Below the pieces are notes generated by a model. It searched no databases, had not been told where the DNA came from, and worked only from the letters and a program-made list of their open reading frames with translations. From a virus (lineage: Duplodnaviria; Caudoviricetes): DNA of 36,562 bases. The stretch lies in IMG/VR virus record IMGVR_UViG_3300024310_000019, positions 1-36,562 of that record, one strand, 5' to 3'. The position numbers and the translations under genes are program-made. Positions 26,350-33,515 of the stretch are shown piece by piece; the first letter of the stretch is position 1; each line of letters starts with the position of its first letter.

Positions 26350-26529
26350 CTAAGAATCGATATACACGATATCGTTGAATATTTTTTGGAATTCCCTGAT
26401 TAGATACTGGATTTCTTGTTCGATGGCCATACCACATTGATCCATGCTTCTTTCTTGATCATGGCGTTGCTGGAGTATGTCGAAATATCGTTGGACTCTG
26501 GCGCATGTCTGCATTTCACTTTGATTCAT
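26350..26529 (-). CDS. Hypothetical protein (59 aa)
   Basis: Manual translation MNQSEMQTCARVQRYFDILQQRHDQERSMDQCGMAIEQEIQYLIREFQKIFNDIVYIDS; SD GGAG. Confidence 0.65.
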   Translation of the reverse strand: MNQSEMQTCARVQRYFDILQQRHDQERSMDQCGMAIEQEIQYLIREFQKIFNDIVYIDS

Positions 26530-26546
26530 GCATCATCTCCAGACTT

Positions 26547-26756
26547 TTAAGACTTTTTATATGACCGTAAGAAGCCATTCGAAGAATTTCTTCTGGCCCA
26601 ATGGACTAGCGGATCTTTTTCCCTGGATATCTTTCTCATCATCCTTCGGCATTCCGTGCAGACATTGCTATTTTTGGGAAAATCATATAATAATTTTTCC
26701 TCATTACACCTGGTACATATAGACTTTCTAGAATTAGGCTGAAGTGTTCCATTCAT
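26547..26756 (-). CDS. Zinc-finger protein
   Basis: CTRCNEEK...F...CTECRR; start revised to ATG 26756. Confidence 0.65.
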   Translation of the reverse strand: MNGTLQPNSRKSICTRCNEEKLLYDFPKNSNVCTECRRMMRKISREKDPLVHWARRNSSNGFLRSYKKS

Positions 26757-26832
26757 ATCCACATGTCCCACATCTGTAAGATCGGTGCCCAAATTTGACA
26801 ATGACAGACGAACCACATATAGGGCATATCAT
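26734..26832 (-). CDS. 32-aa zinc-ribbon microprotein
   Basis: Manual translation MICPICGSSVIVKFGHRSYRCGTCGYEWNTSA; SD GAGG. Confidence 0.7.
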   Translation of the reverse strand: MICPICGSSVIVKFGHRSYRCGTCGYEWNTSA

Positions 26833-26973
26833 GCAAAATCCTCATTGACTATTTTAATTTACAGCATCCTCCTCTAGATATTTTTTTTTCAACCTAATTT
26901 TCCAACATGAAGATGCATTGGTACCAATTTTCTACCAAAAAGTAACGAATTGGTAGACAGGGACAATGGAAAT

Positions 26974-27104
26974 ATGAAAGGACTGGACTTTTTTTATAGA
27001 ATTGTGGAAAATGAGTGCGGTTCGCAGCACGAATGACAGCCTGATTGATGCTATAAGGCTGTTATGAACTATCAGGAGGATTTTACATCCCTCCTGATCT
27101 TTTT
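26974..27104 (+). ncRNA. Antisense sRNA cassette F
   Basis: ATGAAA-N17-TAGAAT(26997); stem ATGACAGCCT/AGGCTGTTAT 27033-27065; terminator ATCAGGAG/CTCCTGAT 27071-27098 followed by CTTTTT. Confidence 0.5.
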
Positions 27105-27561
27105 ACAGAAGGATTATAGGGAGAAGAAGACAACCTGCAGATAATACACCAATCAATAATGCTACACCTACCCAAACCCCAATATCATGCCACTTCCTGT
27201 CTTTAGGAGTGCTCTTGTCATCAGGGGCAGACATAGCCTTCATTAAATCCATCTGCTTCTTTTCTTTAGCCTTGACGCGTTCTCTAGTTCGGTATTTTAC
27301 ACCCATATGCTCTGTTTTCCCTTTATTCGCTAATTCCAAGCATTTGGCATAACCGAAATTGGGAAATTCATGCCTGTTTATATATTTGATCCGGCACTCC
27401 TGCCACACGTGAATTCCAAGCCATGGAGAAGCTAAGCCACACGTCAGTATCGTGGCGATACAGGCCACCACAAGAATAATATTCCTTTTTATTCTTATAT
27501 TTACGTCTGCTTTGGTATTAAATACCACTCCAGAGTGGCGTGACAGAGTACCTGTGATCAT
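27103..27561 (-). CDS. Membrane protein with two hydrophobic segments, paralogue of 27590-27961
   Basis: IILVVACIATILTCGLASPWLGI and IGVWVGVALLIGVLSAGCLLLPIILL. Confidence 0.75.
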   Translation of the reverse strand: MITGTLSRHSGVVFNTKADVNIRIKRNIILVVACIATILTCGLASPWLGIHVWQECRIKYINRHEFPNFGYAKCLELANKGKTEHMGVKYRTRERVKAKEKKQMDLMKAMSAPDDKSTPKDRKWHDIGVWVGVALLIGVLSAGCLLLPIILL

Positions 27562-27589
27562 GATATTACCGTGTTATTACGTTCAACAA

Positions 27590-27961
27590 TTACTCTAATC
27601 CACCGCCCCATGACCCCGCACCAGCATCATAGGTAGGACGATGGACACATTCTTCTAACTTAGCTGCTATAGGATCCTGATAAAGCTTACCTTGATACTC
27701 TACTCTGCCATTCTTCTGTAGTAGAACGCATTTCGCGTATGGTAGCTCAGGGAAATGGTAAATGTTCAGATCTCTAATGTGCTTCTCTTTCTCTGCTTCC
27801 ACTAGAGGCCATGGAGTCGCTAATCCAGCGGTAAACACAGCAGTGCAAATGCTACCCACCCTTAAGCTCTCTCTTTGCTTCCTAGCCTTTACATCTTCTT
27901 GAGATAAGAGCAAAACTCCTTGCTCACACTTCATGCCAAATCTATTTGTGTGTACCGTCAT
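27590..27961 (-). CDS. Membrane-associated protein, paralogue of 27103-27561
   Basis: Start revised to ATG 27961; shares TxGLAxPW...FPxxxYAKC...GxxY with its neighbour. Confidence 0.75.
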   Translation of the reverse strand: MTVHTNRFGMKCEQGVLLLSQEDVKARKQRESLRVGSICTAVFTAGLATPWPLVEAEKEKHIRDLNIYHFPELPYAKCVLLQKNGRVEYQGKLYQDPIAAKLEECVHRPTYDAGAGSWGGGLE

Positions 27962-28019
27962 TTGGGACCTAAAATGTTTTTTGTATTGCAAGCTGTCTCT
28001 ACTGTGAGATTCTGGTAAG

Positions 28020-28048
28020 ACTCTAACATGTTAGCTTATTTATTGCAA
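28020..28048 (-). promoter_or_regulatory. Promoter for the paralogue pair
   Basis: TTGCAA-N17-TAGAGT with TG extension; palindrome TAACATGTTA overlapping. Confidence 0.55.
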
Positions 28049-28112
28049 CACAATTTAAACTATAAATGTATATTTTACTATCACATCTTGCATCCTAGGC
28101 ATTAATATCCAG

Positions 28113-28445
28113 TCATTCATATAATTCCATTTTATCAGGAGGTTTAGGTAGTGGCATCCAGTGGGTTATTGTGCCCAAGTTTCTAAAGTGAGGACTATTT
28201 ACAAATATATCTATGTCATCGTCATCATCTATACAATAATTTCCGTCAGGTTTTTTCTTGATAAACTGACATGAGCATAAATATTTATCTTTAAATTCTT
28301 CTTCTAGCTCTTCACGGAAATCTTCCAGCACCCAAAACCAAGCCACACCTACACCGTAGACCGTATGAAAAGCTAACACAAATGAATGCTCTCTACTTCC
28401 CTGATAAAGTGGCAACCTTTCTTTAATGCTGATCCACTTACCCAT
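28113..28445 (-). CDS. DUF551 family protein
   Basis: KWISIKERLP...ITHWMPLPKPP. Confidence 0.88.
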   Translation of the reverse strand: MGKWISIKERLPLYQGSREHSFVLAFHTVYGVGVAWFWVLEDFREELEEEFKDKYLCSCQFIKKKPDGNYCIDDDDDIDIFVNSPHFRNLGTITHWMPLPKPPDKMELYE

Positions 28446-28505
28446 CTTGATTCTTTCCCCATTTGGTTACCCCTATCATCATGTCAGGGTATTTCATTTT
28501 CTATA

Positions 28506-28748
28506 TTAAGGTCTTAAATGCATGTAAAGCGTAGCCACACGAACTCCCACTTCATTAGTCAATCTATTCTCTATATTGGTAAGGTTGTCCTCCAATTCCT
28601 TGTCACTATCCCATGATCGAGCTTCGTCTTGTAATTTCTCTAAATTTTCCAAGAACCATAATATATTTACCAGGTGTTCATCGTGTCTTAGTAGAAATCT
28701 CTTGAACTCGTCTCTTTCTACTAAATTAGCAAAGTTGTAATCTTTCAT
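28506..28748 (-). CDS. Hypothetical protein
   Basis: 80 aa helical ORF. Confidence 0.65.
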   Translation of the reverse strand: MKDYNFANLVERDEFKRFLLRHDEHLVNILWFLENLEKLQDEARSWDSDKELEDNLTNIENRLTNEVGVRVATLYMHLRP

Positions 28749-28773
28749 ATAATCTTAACCATATTTCTTAGTA

Positions 28774-28801
28774 GTGTCTGATAATATATGTTATGTTGCT
28801 T
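28774..28801 (+). other. dif-like XerC/XerD recombination site
   Basis: GTGTCTGATAA-TATATG-TTATGTTGCTT versus E. coli dif GGTGCGCATAA-TGTATA-TTATGTTAAAT; 11-6-11 layout; intergenic. Confidence 0.75.
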
Positions 28802-28900
28802 TTCAAGTGCCCTATAAGTCTTGTGAGGGCATCGACCATTTATTAAGATTAATACACCTCTCACAATGTATTGTAGAGACTTGACAAAATTATATATTAA

Positions 28901-29134
28901 TTATTTGTCTCTTAACAATTCATCTTTCACCTCAAGAGATTCTGGCAACGACATCCAATGCACTATACAACTACCACACTCATTACAACTTGATGACCAA
29001 AACCCCCTCTTATCATACCAGGCTATGAAGGGCTTGTGTTGAGTGCCTTTGCATTTTACCAAAACAAAATCTGATGTATTATCCTTACACACTATCTCAG
29101 GCAACCTATCCTCAACGCTTATCCACTCACTCAT
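28901..29134 (-). CDS. DUF551 family protein
   Basis: MSEWISVEDRLPE...HWMSLPE. Confidence 0.88.
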   Translation of the reverse strand: MSEWISVEDRLPEIVCKDNTSDFVLVKCKGTQHKPFIAWYDKRGFWSSSCNECGSCIVHWMSLPESLEVKDELLRDK

Positions 29135-29360
29135 CTTTGGTCAATCTCCATCTGTCACCCTCTAGCGGATAAATTGTAGGCTCATCTTTCACCATTAACT
29201 TCTCAATGTCGCTCGACAACCTCTCAACATTCTGAATCATTGGCGTCATTCTGGCATCTCTATTCAATTTATTTATGTCATGCAATATATTTATTATCAT
29301 AGAACAGCACCGACGGCATGCTCCTAGCAGATTACTGATTTTATCTATAGACATAGACAC
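29127..29360 (-). CDS. Hypothetical protein
   Basis: 77 aa, overlaps both neighbours. Confidence 0.6.
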   Translation of the reverse strand: MSMSIDKISNLLGACRRCCSMIINILHDINKLNRDARMTPMIQNVERLSSDIEKLMVKDEPTIYPLEGDRWRLTKDE

Positions 29361-29665
29361 GCTACCACTTCATTCTTGCAGCATGGGCAGAACTTATCTT
29401 TCACCTTAGGCAGTTCAGGTAATGGCATCCAATGGGTGATATGATCTACGTCGATACCCCACGCACAATAGTCAACCCTAAAACAACAGCTATTTCTTGA
29501 TATATCATTGAAGCATTCATCGTCCACATTTAGTCCTGATAGATGATGATATTCGTTTTGATTACTGGAGTTGTACTCACCAATAGCGACCTTACATCCG
29601 TCTGTGAACAGGATTACTTCTTCAAAGTCTGGCAAACTATCCTCAATACTTATCCATGCACCCAT
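29345..29665 (-). CDS. DUF551 family protein
   Basis: AWISIEDSLPD...ITHWMPLPELP. Confidence 0.88.
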   Translation of the reverse strand: MGAWISIEDSLPDFEEVILFTDGCKVAIGEYNSSNQNEYHHLSGLNVDDECFNDISRNSCCFRVDYCAWGIDVDHITHWMPLPELPKVKDKFCPCCKNEVVACLCL

Positions 29666-29904
29666 GCTTCTAGCTCTTTGCTGTTCAACAAATATTTTAG
29701 AATATCTGGTAATCCATCTATGAAACGGGTAATGGGCTCTTTCTCGCCATCACATTCCCATATTACTAGCTCGAATACCAAGGCTAGTAGCTCTGATGTA
29801 AGCTCTCGGCAGCACATACCTTCCATTTTGGCCAGACCTATGATCTCATTCCTCAAGTCTCTGATAGGCACAATCTTCCCCATATCTTCCTCAATCATTC
29901 TCAA
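29650..29904 (-). CDS. Hypothetical protein
   Basis: 84 aa, overlapping neighbours. Confidence 0.6.
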   Translation of the reverse strand: MRMIEEDMGKIVPIRDLRNEIIGLAKMEGMCCRELTSELLALVFELVIWECDGEKEPITRFIDGLPDILKYLLNSKELEAWVHG

Positions 29905-30088
29905 AACACTCTACACTGCAATAATTATTTACACCTTTCGTAGTGAAATATCGGTGAACCACAACATCGCACACCTTTTGACAGGCATGACATCTTCTCT
30001 TTTCTGGATCGGATTTCTCTTTCTCTGTCCATAGTAAGGCCGCGGGGCATGAATATATGCTCATATCATATTTCTTAGGCGGTGACAT
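29891..30088 (-). CDS. Small zinc-binding protein (CxxC...YCSxxC, TRASH/FCS-like)
   Basis: CHAC...YCSVEC; start revised to ATG 30088 with SD GAGG. Confidence 0.65.
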   Translation of the reverse strand: MSPPKKYDMSIYSCPAALLWTEKEKSDPEKRRCHACQKVCDVVVHRYFTTKGVNNYCSVECFEND

Positions 30089-30284
30089 GTTCCTCTTCCT
30101 TGACAATCGTAGACTTATCACTGCATGAGCCTACTTTCAACTCGTATATGGTGCTTATGAAGTCCTCATAATGCAGATCACAAACATATACCAGGCAATT
30201 TATCTTCAACATCGTTTCGCAATGCTTACCACATACGTAGCATTTGCCTCCACGCACACCATTTTGCCGATACCCCATTATCAT
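30075..30284 (-). CDS. Small zinc-binding protein
   Basis: CYVCGK...VCDLH. Confidence 0.6.
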   Translation of the reverse strand: MIMGYRQNGVRGGKCYVCGKHCETMLKINCLVYVCDLHYEDFISTIYELKVGSCSDKSTIVKEEEHVTA

Positions 30285-30312
30285 TTACCTATCCATAAAT
30301 TATTTAAGGCCC

Positions 30313-30341
30313 ACGATATATATTTTTGCAAAAACTTTCAA
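30313..30341 (-). promoter_or_regulatory. Promoter of the accessory island
   Basis: TTGAAA-N17-TATCGT with palindrome TTTTTGCAAAAA in the spacer. Confidence 0.45.
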
Positions 30342-30347
30342 ATGTTT

Positions 30348-32459
30348 TTACATCTGTGGCGACATGGCTTGAGACAAATTTGATTGCCCTTGTGGTTGTT
30401 GTGCAGGTGAGGGCCTAGTCTTCTGTTCAGCTTCATCACTCCCTGAAGATAGTCCAGAGGTCTTATTCTCTGAATCAACCTCTTCACCTTCTGCCATTGC
30501 TTGCTCGCGATCTTGAATACTCTGGACAAAGTTAGCCAAGGTGATCAGGTGATTAGAATCCATATCCCTAAGCTCTTTCAAGGCTTTGACTTGTGCTAAG
30601 GTGCCTGCTGCACGGTCCTGCTGGCTCTTACTAGCTACTTCCTTAGCCTTAGATACTTCATAGAATGCCCTAGCCTTTGATTCTGTAGCCTTAGCGAAGT
30701 CACTTTGAGCTTTAGCCTCAATAGATCTAGTGAGTATTTCTCCCTGCCTCAACTCTTGCATAGCTGCTGCTTGTTGCATCTGCTGTTGCTGTTGGTCCTG
30801 ACGATTGACGTCTTCTATGATTCCCTTCTTCCCTTGCAACGTAGACTTCTGGATAAGGTATTCATTTGATATAGGAATGCCAATACCCTTAAGATATATT
30901 GCCTGCTTAAACTGAAGCTGTCTCTGTGTGTCTGTAAGGGCTGCTTCTTCAACCACTGAATGATACTTAGTCAACCACTCTTGGCTAAACTCTGGTGATG
31001 GCTGCTCACCAATTATCTGAGCCACTTTCCCAGGTGAGAAATTATTCTGGATCAACTGCACCGCGATGTCACTTAGTGACTTCTGGCTATAGTTTAGACG
31101 GTCAAAGATGTTTTGCAATGACACTAATCCGGCGCCCATCTTCAGCTGCATCATGATGCCAGAATCATCATTACCATTCATGTCCTCACCGAACAGCTCT
31201 TCAGGAGTGCCAACAATGGACATTATCTCATTGTCTAAAGTCTGAATAAGCTCAGGCCATCCTTGTGCTACAGGAGGTGCTGGGATTGGCGCCACATCAG
31301 TAGCTAAATTGGCGCTATTCTTGAAGTAGAGAACCTTGCCAGGTCCTTGGAAGAATGCATCCTCCGGGTTTACCAAAGCATCTTCTTTGACCATGAAACC
31401 ACTTTGCACCTGTGCATCAAGGATATCTAACAGTCTGTTGCGACGCCTGTTTAGCTCTATCTGAGAATCACGAATATTACGGACTACTCCCTGGTACCTA
31501 TATGCATAGTTCTGCACCTCTGGGAAGTGATAGCAGATAAATGGAACGAAGGGAAATCTATCAAGGCCCCAAGGCGAGACTTCCTCGTACATCAGGTGGT
31601 TATTGACCAAAACATTCAGCTTTATCGTAGGAACATGAGCCGTGATTAGCTCAATGTTAGGGTTGATTGACCTAAACATCTGAAACTGATCTCTCGTTCC
31701 GTTCCAATCAACCACTTCACCGGTAGATTTATCGAGGATCTTCTTCTTTTTCTTGTAGTCCCTTACCCAATACTCATCATAAGCATACATCTGCTCCTGA
31801 TATTGATACCAATTCTGCGCCAAGAACTGAAATTTACCATCCTTCGCAGCATATCCACTACCCAAAGCCGGTATGTCCTTATCAATCTTAGGAAATATGC
31901 TCTGCAATTGCCTCTTGGTGATGTATCTCCTCGTCCATATGCGATCACAGTCACTTAAATCCTGCTTAGTCCAGTAGTTATCCATCAGAAAGGCGTTAAA
32001 TGGTATCCTCTCCGTTCGGATCGCTCCATTTTCTGGGTCTTCCCTATGATCAACCCAAACATGCAAAAGGTTGAGGCCACAAATATTAGAGCCGTCGAAG
32101 CATTCGGATATCTTTTCATACGTATTGTCCTGTCTATATACCCAACTCAGCACCTTAGTCAGTTGCTCAGCTGTCTGTCCCATGTCTTGGTCGTTATCCG
32201 AGGGGTACACAACAGATGCTAGCCTATTCTTACGCTGATATCCGCCTATCATGTTGATGATCCGCAATATCTTGTTGAACATCAGCACTTTCTGATTGCG
32301 ATAATTTACATTATAGAAAGAATTCCAATAGTCCTGCTGCCCAGTAGCCATTTTGGTGTCTAAGTCGGCTTCGAACCACCACTGTTGCCACAAGGATTGG
32401 CTCTCTTTCCAAAAATCGTCCAGCTCTCTAGATACTGGGTTGCTCGTTGGCCAAGTCAT
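30348..32459 (-). CDS. Portal protein (P22-like)
   Basis: 703 aa; GQQ...FNKILRIINMIGGYQRKNR, FPFVPF, GVVRNIRDSQIELNRRR; C-terminal coiled-coil barrel. Confidence 0.92.
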   Translation of the reverse strand: MTWPTSNPVSRELDDFWKESQSLWQQWWFEADLDTKMATGQQDYWNSFYNVNYRNQKVLMFNKILRIINMIGGYQRKNRLASVVYPSDNDQDMGQTAEQLTKVLSWVYRQDNTYEKISECFDGSNICGLNLLHVWVDHREDPENGAIRTERIPFNAFLMDNYWTKQDLSDCDRIWTRRYITKRQLQSIFPKIDKDIPALGSGYAAKDGKFQFLAQNWYQYQEQMYAYDEYWVRDYKKKKKILDKSTGEVVDWNGTRDQFQMFRSINPNIELITAHVPTIKLNVLVNNHLMYEEVSPWGLDRFPFVPFICYHFPEVQNYAYRYQGVVRNIRDSQIELNRRRNRLLDILDAQVQSGFMVKEDALVNPEDAFFQGPGKVLYFKNSANLATDVAPIPAPPVAQGWPELIQTLDNEIMSIVGTPEELFGEDMNGNDDSGIMMQLKMGAGLVSLQNIFDRLNYSQKSLSDIAVQLIQNNFSPGKVAQIIGEQPSPEFSQEWLTKYHSVVEEAALTDTQRQLQFKQAIYLKGIGIPISNEYLIQKSTLQGKKGIIEDVNRQDQQQQQMQQAAAMQELRQGEILTRSIEAKAQSDFAKATESKARAFYEVSKAKEVASKSQQDRAAGTLAQVKALKELRDMDSNHLITLANFVQSIQDREQAMAEGEEVDSENKTSGLSSGSDEAEQKTRPSPAQQPQGQSNLSQAMSPQM

Positions 32460-32662
32460 TTAGTCCTCACTACCTGGTAAGATTCTCCGACAGCCTTGTC
32501 ACACCTGTCTAAGGGCACCTCCATGTCTTCATCAGTCAGATTGAATGCTAGCTTGATGCAATCTTTTCTGTAACCCTTTTTAGCTACTAAAGCCGTATAT
32601 TCCAACTCATTTGACGGGCATTTGTACTTTTTAAACTCAAACATGTCTTCCCATCTCATCAT
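32456..32662 (-). CDS. Hypothetical protein
   Basis: 68 aa; ATGA overlap with the portal gene; SD GGAAGG. Confidence 0.65.
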   Translation of the reverse strand: MMRWEDMFEFKKYKCPSNELEYTALVAKKGYRKDCIKLAFNLTDEDMEVPLDRCDKAVGESYQVVRTK

Positions 32663-32688
32663 TGCACCTTCCTAAAGGAATTATTTAG

Positions 32689-32803
32689 TTGACAAGGTAC
32701 TCGGTAAAAATTATCTTGTCCATAGACAACAAGCCTTCATGTGTTGTTCATAATAGTCTTCCTGCTTTACCTCAGGGGCCTTAAAAAAGCTCTTGAGGGT
32801 TTT
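32689..32803 (+). ncRNA. Antisense sRNA cassette E
   Basis: TTGACA(32689)-N17-TATCTT(32712); hairpin ACAACA/TGTTGT; stem CCTCAGGGGC/GCTCTTGAGG 32770-32798 with + strand G-U pairs, followed by GTTTT. Confidence 0.65.
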
Positions 32804-32804
32804 A

Positions 32805-32987
32805 TCAATACTCGTGAGCCTTCTTAGCTCTGCTACTCATATCCTTCGCTGCTGATTTAGCCTCTTTCATCTCTATTTTCTCATGCTTTGCTTTGGTCTT
32901 AGTCTTGGCATGCTTAGCCTCAACAGCATAATGCTTGGCATCCTTATCCAATGCCTTAGCTGCCTTCTTCATGATCTTCTTATGCAT
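32805..32987 (-). CDS. Small Lys/Ala-rich basic protein
   Basis: MHKKIMKKAAKALDKDAKH...; SD GAGGTG; TAATG coupling. Confidence 0.75.
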   Translation of the reverse strand: MHKKIMKKAAKALDKDAKHYAVEAKHAKTKTKAKHEKIEMKEAKSAAKDMSSRAKKAHEY

Positions 32988-33172
32988 TAGGAACTCACCT
33001 CTAAAATTTTTATCGCTTCGTTGTACTTGTCTATCAACAAGTCCATGGTGGCTATTTCGGTATGCGCATTACTTATCCTCCTCTCATATGACTTGATATC
33101 AAATAGGAGAAGATCCCTTTTTGATTCCGCATCACGTATGTACATCTTGATCGTGCTAATGTTTGGTGTCAT
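32987..33172 (-). CDS. Small coiled-coil protein
   Basis: 61 aa with heptad pattern. Confidence 0.65.
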   Translation of the reverse strand: MTPNISTIKMYIRDAESKRDLLLFDIKSYERRISNAHTEIATMDLLIDKYNEAIKILEVSS

Positions 33173-33321
33173 AACTTACCCTTCAAAACTTTTAATATAT
33201 TCTCTATCTGCTCTACTTGTCGTCGTGCGATGCCCAATTCATACTCCAGATTCTCAATGACCTGCTGCGGTTGTGGAACATCAACGTTGACTTCGCTAAT
33301 ATCAATTATCGCACTCATCAT
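33169..33321 (-). CDS. Small coiled-coil protein (50 aa)
   Basis: Manual translation MMSAIIDISEVNVDVPQPQQVIENLEYELGIARRQVEQIENILKVLKGKL; fills the gap exactly. Confidence 0.65.
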   Translation of the reverse strand: MMSAIIDISEVNVDVPQPQQVIENLEYELGIARRQVEQIENILKVLKGKL

Positions 33322-33323
33322 TA

Positions 33324-33515
33324 TCAACACTCCGACTTGAGTTTTCTCATTTCTTCTACCAACCTATTCAAAACAATGTTTTGTCTGTCTATTTCAGACT
33401 GCAAGGCAGCGGAGCTAATGTCCTGCCACTCCTTTTGCCTAGTCAGAATCCTGATGTGGCTACGGATCCACTCTATTTCTTCCCAACACTTGCTTATCGT
33501 ATCTTCTGACATCAA
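33324..33515 (-). CDS. Small coiled-coil protein
   Basis: 63 aa, coupled to the TerL stop. Confidence 0.65.
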   Translation of the reverse strand: MMSEDTISKCWEEIEWIRSHIRILTRQKEWQDISSAALQSEIDRQNIVLNRLVEEMRKLKSEC

